Shown here: positions 21,595 through 30,984 of the stretch, piece after piece
How positions within the stretch are numbered: the stretch's first letter is position 1
How the letters are laid out: every line of letters begins with the position of its first letter
Assembly (NCBI GenBank): GCA_965217775.1
Contig: CBDCJH010000002.1
Span: 3,584,001 to 3,648,000, forward strand
Length of the DNA stretch: 64,000 nucleotides
Origin: Acidobacteriota bacterium
Lineage (GTDB): Bacteria; Acidobacteriota; UBA6911; RPQK01; JAJDTT01
Direction of reading: 5' to 3'
Notes under the pieces: generated by a model
Databases searched by the model: none
Seen by the model: only the letters and a program-made list of their open reading frames with translations
What the model was told of the DNA's origin: nothing
Program-made: the position numbers and the translations under genes

Positions 21595-22670
21595 CGGCTG
21601 AGGCTGACCTCGACTCTCCGCTCGGACCCGTGCGTCCTGTCTCCAGCGAGATGCTCGGCGATCTGGACGGCGTTGAGGGCCGCCCCCTTGCGGATCTGAT
21701 CGCCACAGACGAACAGGTCCAGGCCATGGACGCCGTTCTTCCCGGAGCGGCTGATGTCGGAGCGAATCCGGCCCACGAAGACATCGTCCCGGCCCGACGC
21801 GCCCAGCGGGGTGGGAAAGCGGTTGCCGGTCCGGTCGTCCTGGACCGAGACTCCGGGAGCGTTCGCCAGCAGACTCCTGGCCTGCTCGGCATCGAGGGCC
21901 TCCTCCAACTCCAGGTTGATGCTCTCGGCATGAGCGCGCATGACGGGAACCCGCACGCAGGTGGCGGTGATGGCCACCGAGGAATCGCCCCAGATCTTGT
22001 GGGATTCCCGAACCATCTTCATCTCTTCCGTGTTGTACCCGTCGGGTCCGATTCCCGAGTCGTGGCTGAAGAGATTGAAGGCGTACTGCTGGCGAAAGAT
22101 CTCGCAAGTGGGAGCCCGGCCGTCCAGCACCTCCCGGGTCTGCCGCTCAAGTTCGGCCATGGCCGCGGCCCCGGCGCCGCTGGCGGCCTGGTAGGTGCTC
22201 ACCACGATGCGCCGGACCCGGACGGCGCGGTGAATGGGCGTCACCGGGACGATCATGATGATGGTCGAGCAGTTGGGGTTGGCGATGATCCCGCCGTTGC
22301 CCAACTCCAGGCCCTCCAGGGCTTCCGGATTGACCTCCGGAACCACCAGTGGAATTCCCGGGGACAGGCGAAAAGCAGAGCTGTTGTCGACGACGGTGGC
22401 GCCGGCCTCGGCGGCCAGAGGAGCGAACTTCCGGCTGATGGACGCGCCGGCGCTGAACAGGGCCAGTTCCAGGTCCCGGAAGCTATCCTCCGTCAGTTCC
22501 TCGACGCTGTGGGGCTTTCCCTGGAATTCTATGGTCTTGCCGGCGCTGCGGCGGCTGGCGAGAAGCTTGAGACGGCCCACGGGAAAACGCCGTTCGGCCA
22601 GCAGGCGCACGAACTCCTGCCCCACGGCCCCGGTCGCACCCACGATGGCTACGCTCAAATTGCCCGACAC
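21591..22670 (-). CDS. asd: Aspartate-semialdehyde dehydrogenase
   Basis: VAIVGATGAVG, DNSSAFR, IIANPNCST, STYQAASGAG, TCVRVPV and DQIRKGAALNAVQIAE motifs; GTG 22670 with RBS GGAGG. Confidence 0.96.
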   Translation of the reverse strand: MSGNLSVAIVGATGAVGQEFVRLLAERRFPVGRLKLLASRRSAGKTIEFQGKPHSVEELTEDSFRDLELALFSAGASISRKFAPLAAEAGATVVDNSSAFRLSPGIPLVVPEVNPEALEGLELGNGGIIANPNCSTIIMIVPVTPIHRAVRVRRIVVSTYQAASGAGAAAMAELERQTREVLDGRAPTCEIFRQQYAFNLFSHDSGIGPDGYNTEEMKMVRESHKIWGDSSVAITATCVRVPVMRAHAESINLELEEALDAEQARSLLANAPGVSVQDDRTGNRFPTPLGASGRDDVFVGRIRSDISRSGKNGVHGLDLFVCGDQIRKGAALNAVQIAEHLAGDRTHGSERRVEVSLSR

Positions 22671-22863
22671 GACACACCTCCGTCTTGAACCCCCACCCGG
22701 GCAACCGTCGTCGCGGCCTCCAGCCGGCGCGACGGCAACTTCCTGCCACGGAAGGGTAAACAACTCGTGACGACGTTGGCCACGGGCTGTCAACGTGGAG
22801 AAAGAGTATACCAGGATGCCCCCTGCTGAAATTCAGGGCGGCGGGGTGGAGAGAGGCTGCTGC

Positions 22864-23709
22864 TCAGTTCAGCAGCGTCGCCTTCTTGATGTAGTCCAGA
22901 TTGGGGAAATCCCGCTTCAGATAGCCGTTGCCTTCGGCGCGAATCCGCCCTTGACTCGGTCCCCTGCCCGAGGGAGCCCCCTCGCCGTACCCCTTGTAGA
23001 CGGAGTCCACCACCTCCATCCCTTCGATGACTCGGCCGAAGGGGGAGAAGCCGTAGCTGTCCAGGCTCCCGTTGTCCTTGTAGTTGATGAAGAACTGCAC
23101 CGAACGGGAATGGGGCATGTTGGTCTTGGCGAAGGAAACGTAGCCCCGCTGGTTCGACTTCACCACCGGGTCGTCCTGGATGTTGGCGGCGCTCCACTTC
23201 TGCCCGATCATGGGGTCGCCATGCATTCCGAACTGGGCCATGAACCCTTCGATCACCCGAAAGAAGGCGATGTTCCGGAAGTAGCCGATTTTCACCAGGT
23301 TGTAGAAACGGTCCGCGCCTCGAGGCGACCATTTCCGGGTCACCTCGACCACGAAGCTCCCCTTGGTGGTCTCGAACTTGGCCTTGAAGGTGGCGGGTGC
23401 CTTCCCGCTGGCCAGGGAGGGATTCCGTAGAGCGGGATTGGGCCCCTTCATGGGCCGTGGCGGTTTGTCCATCTTGACGGGCTCCGGTTTGGGTTTATCG
23501 GGTTCCTTGGCAGGCTCCGGCGGGGTTGCATCCGCGGCGTCGCCGGCCGCTTCCTCGGCGCTTATCTTGTCGCCCGCATCGGCCACGGCCGCGGCCTCGT
23601 CGGCCGCAGGCGGCTCCGAGGAATCGGCTTCGTCGGAGACAGGCGCACTACAGGAGAGCGAAAGCAACAACAAGAAAAACGCACAAAACTCCCATCGCCT
23701 TGCATGCAT
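22864..23709 (-). CDS. Cyclophilin-type peptidyl-prolyl isomerase, lipoprotein with an Ala/Pro-rich linker
   Basis: Lipobox LSLSC; FFRVIEGFMAQFG, QFFIN and FSPFGRVIEGMEVVD motifs. Confidence 0.92.
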   Translation of the reverse strand: MHARRWEFCAFFLLLLSLSCSAPVSDEADSSEPPAADEAAAVADAGDKISAEEAAGDAADATPPEPAKEPDKPKPEPVKMDKPPRPMKGPNPALRNPSLASGKAPATFKAKFETTKGSFVVEVTRKWSPRGADRFYNLVKIGYFRNIAFFRVIEGFMAQFGMHGDPMIGQKWSAANIQDDPVVKSNQRGYVSFAKTNMPHSRSVQFFINYKDNGSLDSYGFSPFGRVIEGMEVVDSVYKGYGEGAPSGRGPSQGRIRAEGNGYLKRDFPNLDYIKKATLLN

Positions 23710-23850
23710 GTTTCTCTATCTCCTTCATGTTTTCCGTTTCCGGTCCTCTCTCCAGAGCGCCGATTATTGCCCGGCAGGGGGTTCAGTTCAAGAGACACGG
23801 GTTCGAAGCCACACTCGAATTCGTAGTGCCCAATTCCCAATCCGCGTTTC

Positions 23851-23879
23851 TTGACACTTTTCTCAGACGTCCATAGTTT
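23851..23879 (+). promoter_or_regulatory. Sigma70-like promoter
   Basis: TTGACA-17 nt-TAGTTT upstream of ATG 23899 (RBS GGAGG). Confidence 0.6.
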
Positions 23880-23898
23880 GATGCAGGGAGGTAGACAA

Positions 23899-25554
23899 AT
23901 GCAGCAGAGGGGCTTTCGAGGGTCGGATAGAGAGGTTGGGGGATCGTCGGCCGGGGCCGGAACCGGCTCACGGTTCGTTGCGGGTGCCCTGTCGGCGTGG
24001 GTTGCTTTTGCGGGCACGGCAGTGGCGGGCTCTGCGGGCCTCCTCCACATCGGCGGAGACAAGCAGCTTTTCATCGACGACTACGTCATCGAGAGTCTCA
24101 GCCACGCCAAGCAGATCCTCAACCCGGCCGTCAAGCATCCGGCGAACCCCCTCTTGAAACAGGACCGTCCCTGGGAGGGTCATTACGTTGGGCTCCAAAA
24201 GTTGATCTATGACCCGGACCGGGGAATCTACCGGATCTGGTACCGGACCACGGGGGCATTCGAATCCCAGAAGGGGGGCCCCGATCGGCTCCGGCCTTAC
24301 CGCTGGGACTGGAGTCTGGAAGACGGGCAGGCCGTCCGCAGCAAAGCGGAGGAGGTTTACGGTTACAAGCAATACGCCGACGGAAAGGATTGGCTTCTTT
24401 GTTACGCCACGTCTAGCGACGGCATCCATTGGGAGAAGCCCAATCTGGGCCAGGTGGAGTTCGAGGGCTCCCGCGACAACAACATCCTACCGCCCGGGAC
24501 CCTGGTTCCCCTGTTTCGGGACGAGCACGAAACCGATCCCGCCAAGCGCTACAAGTCCATGAGGTCCGAGGGCACGACTCCCACCGTCTGGAAGCCGGGA
24601 ATGAAGCCTGGGATGCGGCAAAGCCTCTACTACTCGCCCGACGGCTTCGAGTGGACGCCCTACGACAAAAATCCGGTGATCGACACCGCCCCCAAGATCG
24701 GCCGCTGGGGACCCACCTCACACATGGGCTGGGACCCCATCCGGCAGGTCTACGCCGTGTTCATGGAGCAGTGCCTGCACCGGGGCTGCCCCCGGGGGCA
24801 GCGGATCATCGGCCGGGCCGAGAGTCCCGACATGACCCGATGGACCCCGGATCAGAACGTCCTGATCCAGGACGAGTTGGATTATCCGGACACGGAGTTC
24901 TACTCCATGCCGGTCATGGCCTACGAGGGAATCTACATCGGGTTGCCCTGGATCTTCCGCACCACCAATACGCTGCATTACCCCCAACTGGCCTTCAGCC
25001 GGGACGGGATCCGCTTCGAGCGGCGGTACCGCCAACCCTTCCTGCAGGTGGGCAGCAAAGGGGATTTCGACGAGAGCACCATCTACGTGCACCAGCCCAT
25101 GGTCCGTGACGGGGAGATCCGGATCTACTACTACGGCGGCAACTGGAGGGGGTCCGAGGCACTCCACGAACAGGGAGGCCGGGCCATGTTCGCCGTGGCT
25201 CTGGCGACGGTTCGCGAGGACGGGTTCGTCTCGGTGGACGCCGGCAAGATCCACCCCGGAGTCCTCACGACCCGCTTCCTCAGCTTCGAGGGCCGCCGTC
25301 TGATGGTAAATCTGGAGGCCGCCAAGCACAACCACGGCTCGGGACGGCCCGAGGTCCGGGTCGAGATCATCGGAAACGACCACCATCCGATCCCGGGCTA
25401 TAAGCTGGACGAGTCCGATCCGGCCCGGGTGACCGGGAAGCACGTGATGAGCTGGCGGGGACAGACGGAACTGGGCGCCCTGGCCGGAACACCGGTGCAG
25501 CTGCGCTTCGTAATTCGAAACGCCAAGCTCTTCTCGTTCCAGTTCCGACCCTGA
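23899..25554 (+). CDS. Secreted beta-propeller glycoside-hydrolase-like protein
   Basis: KQLFIDD; repeated Asp-box-like S-x-DG-x-x-W/F motifs (SSDGIHW, SPDGFEW, SRDGIRF); REDGFVS; C-terminal LFSFQF. Confidence 0.75.
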   Translation: MQQRGFRGSDREVGGSSAGAGTGSRFVAGALSAWVAFAGTAVAGSAGLLHIGGDKQLFIDDYVIESLSHAKQILNPAVKHPANPLLKQDRPWEGHYVGLQKLIYDPDRGIYRIWYRTTGAFESQKGGPDRLRPYRWDWSLEDGQAVRSKAEEVYGYKQYADGKDWLLCYATSSDGIHWEKPNLGQVEFEGSRDNNILPPGTLVPLFRDEHETDPAKRYKSMRSEGTTPTVWKPGMKPGMRQSLYYSPDGFEWTPYDKNPVIDTAPKIGRWGPTSHMGWDPIRQVYAVFMEQCLHRGCPRGQRIIGRAESPDMTRWTPDQNVLIQDELDYPDTEFYSMPVMAYEGIYIGLPWIFRTTNTLHYPQLAFSRDGIRFERRYRQPFLQVGSKGDFDESTIYVHQPMVRDGEIRIYYYGGNWRGSEALHEQGGRAMFAVALATVREDGFVSVDAGKIHPGVLTTRFLSFEGRRLMVNLEAAKHNHGSGRPEVRVEIIGNDHHPIPGYKLDESDPARVTGKHVMSWRGQTELGALAGTPVQLRFVIRNAKLFSFQFRP

Positions 25555-25598
25555 CCCAGCGGCTCGCCGCCGGGAAATTCCAAGCACCAAATCACAAC

Positions 25599-26997
25599 AG
25601 AAAGGGACAGTCTCGATTCCCGTCTCGTTGTGAGAATCCCGCCCGGAAGCAGAGCAGTGAATCCTTGGCAAATGGATGGAAGTCCGGAGGACTTTCCACA
25701 CATTAACAGGACAATTCAGGCTATAGGGTGGTTCCCGTGATCTGGGTCGTCCGGTGCCACGGTGGCAGAATCGACGGGCGGAGATCAGGCGAGTCTAGGA
25801 GACGAAGGCGTGCGAGCGCTGCTCCCGCAGGGAAAACAGCACTCCGCCCAGTTGGGGGATGGGGCGTCGGCGACGCCGATATCGACCTTGCTTTCGATAC
25901 GTCTCCAGCAGTTGCGCCACCTTCTCTGCCGGACCGACGGCCAACCCGTCCGTCAGAAATCGCAAACGCCGGCGAAAGGCTCCGGCACGGGTAAATCCAC
26001 GTTGCTGCTCCTGATGGAGGATCCACCGGGGGATCGCGGCCTGGTTCTCCCGGGTGGGGACGGCTCCTCGATAGTACAAGCGAGCCCGGTAACTGCTGTA
26101 CACGTCGGTTCCGGGATCCGAGGGGAACAGTTCCTCCAGTGGAATCAGATCTTGATCCTCGCCGGTGAGTCTCCAGCGGGCCGAGCCCCACTGCCATTGC
26201 TCGGGCCTTTTGACCAGTCCGGCCCGGACGGCGTTGAGTTCCACGTAGAGGATGGCGTCCTGGACGGCTTCGCTTCCCAAGAGTTCCGGGTTCTTGAAAC
26301 GATCACCCCAAAGATGGCCTCGCCGTTTGAAATTGCGGTTGAACCACCGGGCATAGAACCCGTCCACGTTCGCCATCAGTTTCGACACGTCAAAGAGACG
26401 CTGGTTGAAAGCCTCCCACTGGGCGACGGTCCAATCGGCGGTTTTCTTCTCTGCCTGTTGTCCATAAAGCTTGTGGGCGCTGTCCATCAACTCGTCGCGG
26501 GACAGGGGGCGGGGTTTCTCAAAATGGATGACGAAGTGGAAGTGATTGCCCATGATCTGGAAAGCGGCCAAACGACACCGGTAGACATTGACGTAGAACG
26601 ACATCATGTCCAGGAGTTTGCGACCGGCTTGGTGGTTTTTAAAGGGGAACCAATCGGAATTGCCGGCGACTCGATTGGTGAGGTGATAGAAGGCGGCTTC
26701 TGAACTCTTGTGTCGTGCGGCTCGGGCCATGGCCACAATCCTCGGTTCGGTTAGGACTCGGACTCGCGGCGTAGTCGTTTCGCAAACCTTTATGACACCA
26801 ACGATTCAGAACTGAGAAAGGCGAAGGAAACTCAAGAAACCCGGCAAACCTCATCTTTCCGGATGCAACCGAGGAAACTTGACCAGGTGACCACCTCAGT
26901 CGTTTTGGCAGCCCAAGGAGCCGGTACTTTTGTGGTCTATTCCATGCTTCCGGTCCCCCTGCCTCCGGTCCCCAAAAATAGACTGTCCCCTTTTTCT
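25599..26997. mobile_element. RAYT-type element bracketed by imperfect inverted repeats
   Basis: AGAAAGGGACAGTCT (25599-25613) and AGACTGTCCCCTTTTTCT (26980-26997) flank the transposase; the element sits between two convergent genes. Confidence 0.55.
25795..26736 (-). CDS. REP-associated tyrosine transposase (RAYT, HUH Y1 family)
   Basis: YHLTNR, IMGNHFH (HUH), RRGHLWGDRFK and YVELNAVRAGLV..PEQWQWGS motifs. Confidence 0.9.
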   Translation of the reverse strand: MAMARAARHKSSEAAFYHLTNRVAGNSDWFPFKNHQAGRKLLDMMSFYVNVYRCRLAAFQIMGNHFHFVIHFEKPRPLSRDELMDSAHKLYGQQAEKKTADWTVAQWEAFNQRLFDVSKLMANVDGFYARWFNRNFKRRGHLWGDRFKNPELLGSEAVQDAILYVELNAVRAGLVKRPEQWQWGSARWRLTGEDQDLIPLEELFPSDPGTDVYSSYRARLYYRGAVPTRENQAAIPRWILHQEQQRGFTRAGAFRRRLRFLTDGLAVGPAEKVAQLLETYRKQGRYRRRRRPIPQLGGVLFSLREQRSHAFVS

Positions 26998-27004
26998 CTT
27001 TTTC

Positions 27005-28498
27005 TCACTTGAACCGGAAGGAATAGAGATCGGCGTCCTGGAGGACGATGCGCAGGCGGACCGTCTTTCCGGCGACTCTCCGGAGGGGTTTCGCACGAAC
27101 CTTGCCTCCATGAATCCACCCGGCCTTCCCTTCCAGCTCGTCCCCCCAGATGGGGACCGATTCGGTCAGTGAGAGTCCGGGCGCCGGGTTGCCGTTGACG
27201 TCCTGGATCTCCACCTGGATGGAGCCGGCCGCGGAAGTGGAGTAGTTCAGGATCAGGTTCTCTCCGCTGAACCGGAACGGTTTCGTGATCAACTCGCCTC
27301 CCGGATAGCCGGCGCTGGCGGAGGCGAAGCCATCGGTCCTGACCACGACGCGCTGCAGGTGCGCCGTCGGATAAGTGTAGTGCTGCACCGTGTAGAGGGA
27401 GAGCTCCCCCGGCGCCGTGGGGACGATGCCCCGGGCCACTATGCCGTTCCGGTGGATCCAGTTGCGCCGGTCCCGTCCGGGACGGATGAAGGCTTCCATG
27501 AAGCGGTGCCAATGGACCCCGTCCCGGCTGCTCATGAAGACGGCATCGGAGATTCCGGCCCTTTCGGAGGCAATGGCGGGATCCAGATGCCGGGGAATCC
27601 TCCAGTTGACGAAGCGCTTGGGAAAGGAAAGGTAGATATGGGGAGCGCGAAAATAGGGAACGGTGGCATTGGTGTAGAGCTGCTCCGTGGGAGCGTCACC
27701 GTAGTCCACCCACCGGCCCTCGGACCATTCGACGAAGTCCTTGGAGGTGGCGTACTTGAGGGTCCGGACCCCGTGGACGAAATCTCGGTAGAGCGCCACG
27801 TAGATCCCCCGCTCTCCGTCCCAGAAGGCCACGTTGTGGGAGTCGAAGGCGCCGTCGGTGATGACCGGAACCTCACGCATCCAGCTCCAGCGGATGCCGT
27901 CGGGAGAGGACAAGGCCACCAGACCCCGATGGTTCCCGGGCTTGGCGAAGGCCACCGCCTTGTAGCGGGCCTCGGCCGGCGCCGACGGATTGTCGTCCCG
28001 GAAGGGATTCAGCTTGGCGGCACCCCGGATCTCCAGAATATTGTTGTCCCGGGTGCCGTTGAACTCCACCTGCCCCAATGAGGGACGGGTCCAGTGGATG
28101 CCGTCGCGGCTCTCGGCGTAGCAGGAGACCTTTTCGTGGGCGGCGACCCAAGTCTCCCCCGGTTCCAGCTCCTCCCGGTGGATATAGTCCACCGCGGCGC
28201 TGCCCCGGTAGTACATCCGGAAGACCTCCCCGTCCTTGAAGACCGCCACGTGAAAGGGAATGTTCCCTTCCCAAGGCTGGTCGAAGACGAAGACCTTCTC
28301 GGCTCGCCGGGGCTGCTGGACCTCCAGTTCCACCCCATTCATGGACTCGATGAGGGCATCGTCGACGAAAAGCTCCAGACGGGTCCCCAGGTTGGGAGCC
28401 GGGTTGGAATCGGCGGCCTTTTTTCCGTGACTCGACGCCTCGACGCCGGGCACGCCCACCAGAACCAGCACTACAAACATCCGCAAAATCGATTTCAT
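27005..28498 (-). CDS. Secreted beta-propeller glycoside-hydrolase-like protein, paralogue of 23899-25554
   Basis: Signal peptide; ELFVDD, SRDGIHW, SPDGIRW, SRDGVHW, RTDGFAS; C-terminal LYSFRF. Confidence 0.78.
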   Translation of the reverse strand: MKSILRMFVVLVLVGVPGVEASSHGKKAADSNPAPNLGTRLELFVDDALIESMNGVELEVQQPRRAEKVFVFDQPWEGNIPFHVAVFKDGEVFRMYYRGSAAVDYIHREELEPGETWVAAHEKVSCYAESRDGIHWTRPSLGQVEFNGTRDNNILEIRGAAKLNPFRDDNPSAPAEARYKAVAFAKPGNHRGLVALSSPDGIRWSWMREVPVITDGAFDSHNVAFWDGERGIYVALYRDFVHGVRTLKYATSKDFVEWSEGRWVDYGDAPTEQLYTNATVPYFRAPHIYLSFPKRFVNWRIPRHLDPAIASERAGISDAVFMSSRDGVHWHRFMEAFIRPGRDRRNWIHRNGIVARGIVPTAPGELSLYTVQHYTYPTAHLQRVVVRTDGFASASAGYPGGELITKPFRFSGENLILNYSTSAAGSIQVEIQDVNGNPAPGLSLTESVPIWGDELEGKAGWIHGGKVRAKPLRRVAGKTVRLRIVLQDADLYSFRFK

Positions 28499-28519
28499 AG
28501 ATCGCTCCTTACCCGTACA

Positions 28520-29425
28520 CTACATGCCGAGCCGCCGGCTCGCCGGATCGATGATCCAGAGCCAATCGTCCGCGAGGAACTCCAGCCTCTGGGCCATCAG
28601 GGCGATGCGCCCCATCACCGTGTAGCCGAAGCCGGCCCCGAAGGTGATCATGAGGAACCAGATTCCCAGGCGCGAGACGCCTCCCACGACCCCCTTGTGC
28701 TCGATGGAAAAGAAAAAATAGACCAGACAGGACAAGACTCCGACCACGATGGTCAGATTCTGGAGGGAGGCCGAAAAGTCGAATCCCTGAGTCCCCACCA
28801 CGACGAGGGGAAGAATCGTGCTCTGGACCTGCCGGATGAAGTCGCCCTGGAGATAGCCCAGGAGCCGGATCCCGGCGGTGGCTCCGATGAAGAAGGCCAG
28901 GGCCCAGCGGGAGATCCAGCCCCCGACCGGAGAGAGTCTCATCAACATCAGGACGCTCAGGAGCAGTGGGACCAGGTAGATGAGTTCCTGTTCCTGCGAC
29001 TCCGGGAGGCCCGGGAGCACCGAACCCCGGACCAGATCGGGAGCCAGCTTGCTGAACAGGTTCTGAACGATTCCGGTCCAGAATCCGACGACCATCCAAT
29101 AAGCCGCCGAGACCCCGACAAAGATGGCCTCCGCCAACTTGTAAAGGGGATTGTCGCCATAGAGAAAGGAGAGGATGAAGAGCGTGAAGAGGGCGGCCAA
29201 CCAGTTCCCCACGGTTCGGGACCAGCTCACCCGAACCCCCTCTTCACCCTGCCGCTTGGGATCCACACCGGCGGTCCGGCTCCAGGATTCCTGACCCGGT
29301 TCCTGGACTTCCACCGGCTGGTCCTGAACGTAGACCAGTCCCATGCCTCCCGTCGCCAGCCTCACCAGCAGGTAGATCCCGGCCACCACCATCAATGCCG
29401 TCCAAACCCACCCGGAGCGGCTCAT
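28520..29425 (-). CDS. Multi-pass membrane protein of the GlmL-linked operon
   Basis: About 7-8 hydrophobic segments; SFLYGDNPLYKLAE and LMITFGAGFGYTVMGR; ATGA overlap with the upstream gene. Confidence 0.85.
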   Translation of the reverse strand: MSRSGWVWTALMVVAGIYLLVRLATGGMGLVYVQDQPVEVQEPGQESWSRTAGVDPKRQGEEGVRVSWSRTVGNWLAALFTLFILSFLYGDNPLYKLAEAIFVGVSAAYWMVVGFWTGIVQNLFSKLAPDLVRGSVLPGLPESQEQELIYLVPLLLSVLMLMRLSPVGGWISRWALAFFIGATAGIRLLGYLQGDFIRQVQSTILPLVVVGTQGFDFSASLQNLTIVVGVLSCLVYFFFSIEHKGVVGGVSRLGIWFLMITFGAGFGYTVMGRIALMAQRLEFLADDWLWIIDPASRRLGM

Positions 29426-30282
29426 GACGCCACCCCCTTTCGCCGCTCCCAGAAGTAGATGACGTTGCCCAGAACGATGAGCAGGATCACCAGCATGTGG
29501 GCCAGGAGCTGTGGGCCCATTCGCCGCAGTCCCTCCTGCGCCGTGTCATTTTCCGCCAGGCCGGGATAGAGGTCGATGACCGCCTGCTCGTATTCGGCCG
29601 CCGCCTTGATGGCCGCCAGCAGGCCGGTCAGTTGTCCCGGAATGTAGGGATACAGCGACGGGGCCGTGACTCCCGTGGTGCCCCCGACGATCTCCAGGTC
29701 GTAGGGGGTCGCGGCATAGAGCACCCACTCCTTGGTGCCCGGATAGCCCGCGCTCACGTTGACGATGAGGTCCATCTGGCGGATGTTCTTCAGGTTTCGG
29801 GTGAGTGGCAGCTCATCCAGGCTGGTCCCGTCCACGTCGTTGGCGAAGAGCTTCTTCAGGTCCCCCACCACCACCTTGATGACCCCCTCGCTGCCGGGGC
29901 GGAACCCCAGGTTCACGTAGTCGCTCCCGTACTCGTAGTCGGGAAACTCCCGCTTCAGGAGGTCGATGCTCTCCTGGATCAACGGCCCTCCGGTGGCCCA
30001 GAGCGTCAGGAAGTAGAGCTTGTGCTTCTTGTAGGCGCAGTGGCGGACGAAGGCGGCGGCCATGGGACTCAGCTCGCCCCGGCTGGCGGGGTCGAAGTCC
30101 CAGGCCATCAAGACTTCCGATCCCTGGGGGAGCTCCTCGATGGCCGAGCGGACGTTCAGGACCATGGGCGATGGACTCTCGGGAAACCGGATCCCGAACA
30201 GTAGCGGAATCAGGATGGAAATCAGCATCAGGAGAAAGATCCAGCGCCGGTCCAGATTGCGAAAGAATTCGGCGACCTTCAT
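29422..30282 (-). CDS. Membrane-anchored protein of the GlmL-linked operon (TM, soluble alpha/beta domain, TM)
   Basis: DRRWIF followed by a TM segment; YGSDYVNLGFRPG and KAAAEYE; C-terminal TM. Confidence 0.85.
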   Translation of the reverse strand: MKVAEFFRNLDRRWIFLLMLISILIPLLFGIRFPESPSPMVLNVRSAIEELPQGSEVLMAWDFDPASRGELSPMAAAFVRHCAYKKHKLYFLTLWATGGPLIQESIDLLKREFPDYEYGSDYVNLGFRPGSEGVIKVVVGDLKKLFANDVDGTSLDELPLTRNLKNIRQMDLIVNVSAGYPGTKEWVLYAATPYDLEIVGGTTGVTAPSLYPYIPGQLTGLLAAIKAAAEYEQAVIDLYPGLAENDTAQEGLRRMGPQLLAHMLVILLIVLGNVIYFWERRKGVAS

Positions 30283-30285
30283 GGG

Positions 30286-30972
30286 CTATTCCTCCGTTCC
30301 CAGGTAGGATCGATCGACGCCCAGGAGAATCTTCAGGGAGAGTGAGACCACCCCCAGGCCGATGCCGATGGTGATGGCCCGGTTCCCCGCCAGATTGAAG
30401 ACGTTCATGATGGTCTCGGTGAGGTTGTCGAAGTGGAGCGCCTCCGGCAGCCACCCCGTCAGGGCCGTGCCGGCATAGGTCCGCCCCACCAGGACGATGA
30501 AGGCGGTCGAGAGCAGAATGAGGGCCTCGGCGTTCTTGGCCCGGAAGGCGCGAAACGCGGCGGAGGCGATGAAGCAGGCCAACAGGGCGAACATGGTGGC
30601 CCCCAGGGGATAGAAGGCATACTGGTAGACGAACCAGAAAAAGCTTCCCTCCTGAACGTAGTCCCCCGACCAGGCGAACTGGGAAAACTGGGGGCTGGGG
30701 TGGGCGCCCAGCTTGGCCATCCCGACGACCAGCGTCAGAAAGAAGGCGATGACGGTGACGGCCGCGTAGCCCCAGCCGGCCCTCCGGTACGAGATCTTCT
30801 GCAGGTTGAGCTTCACCAGGTTGGCGCCTCCCAGAATGAAGGCGATGGCGGCCAGGATGTCGAACCAGATCATGGCCTCTTCGCCCCAGGACTGGGTATA
30901 GGGAACGAAGTGGGCGCCGATGAGGACGAATCCCGTAACCGCGGCAATGAGCAGGGGAAGAGTTCTCTTCAT
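30286..30972 (-). CDS. Multi-pass membrane protein of the GlmL-linked operon
   Basis: About 6 TM segments; ATMFALLACFIASAAFRAFR; C-terminal LKILLGVDRSYLG. Confidence 0.85.
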   Translation of the reverse strand: MKRTLPLLIAAVTGFVLIGAHFVPYTQSWGEEAMIWFDILAAIAFILGGANLVKLNLQKISYRRAGWGYAAVTVIAFFLTLVVGMAKLGAHPSPQFSQFAWSGDYVQEGSFFWFVYQYAFYPLGATMFALLACFIASAAFRAFRAKNAEALILLSTAFIVLVGRTYAGTALTGWLPEALHFDNLTETIMNVFNLAGNRAITIGIGLGVVSLSLKILLGVDRSYLGTEE

Positions 30973-30984
30973 AGTGTGCTTTCC

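Noticed and set aside
22680-22795. Lysine riboswitch or attenuator upstream of asd
   Set aside because: Only one GC-rich hairpin is present; the region is too short and lacks recognisable riboswitch consensus.
23780-23850. tRNA-like GGTTCGAA segment
   Set aside because: No cloverleaf or acceptor stem could be built.
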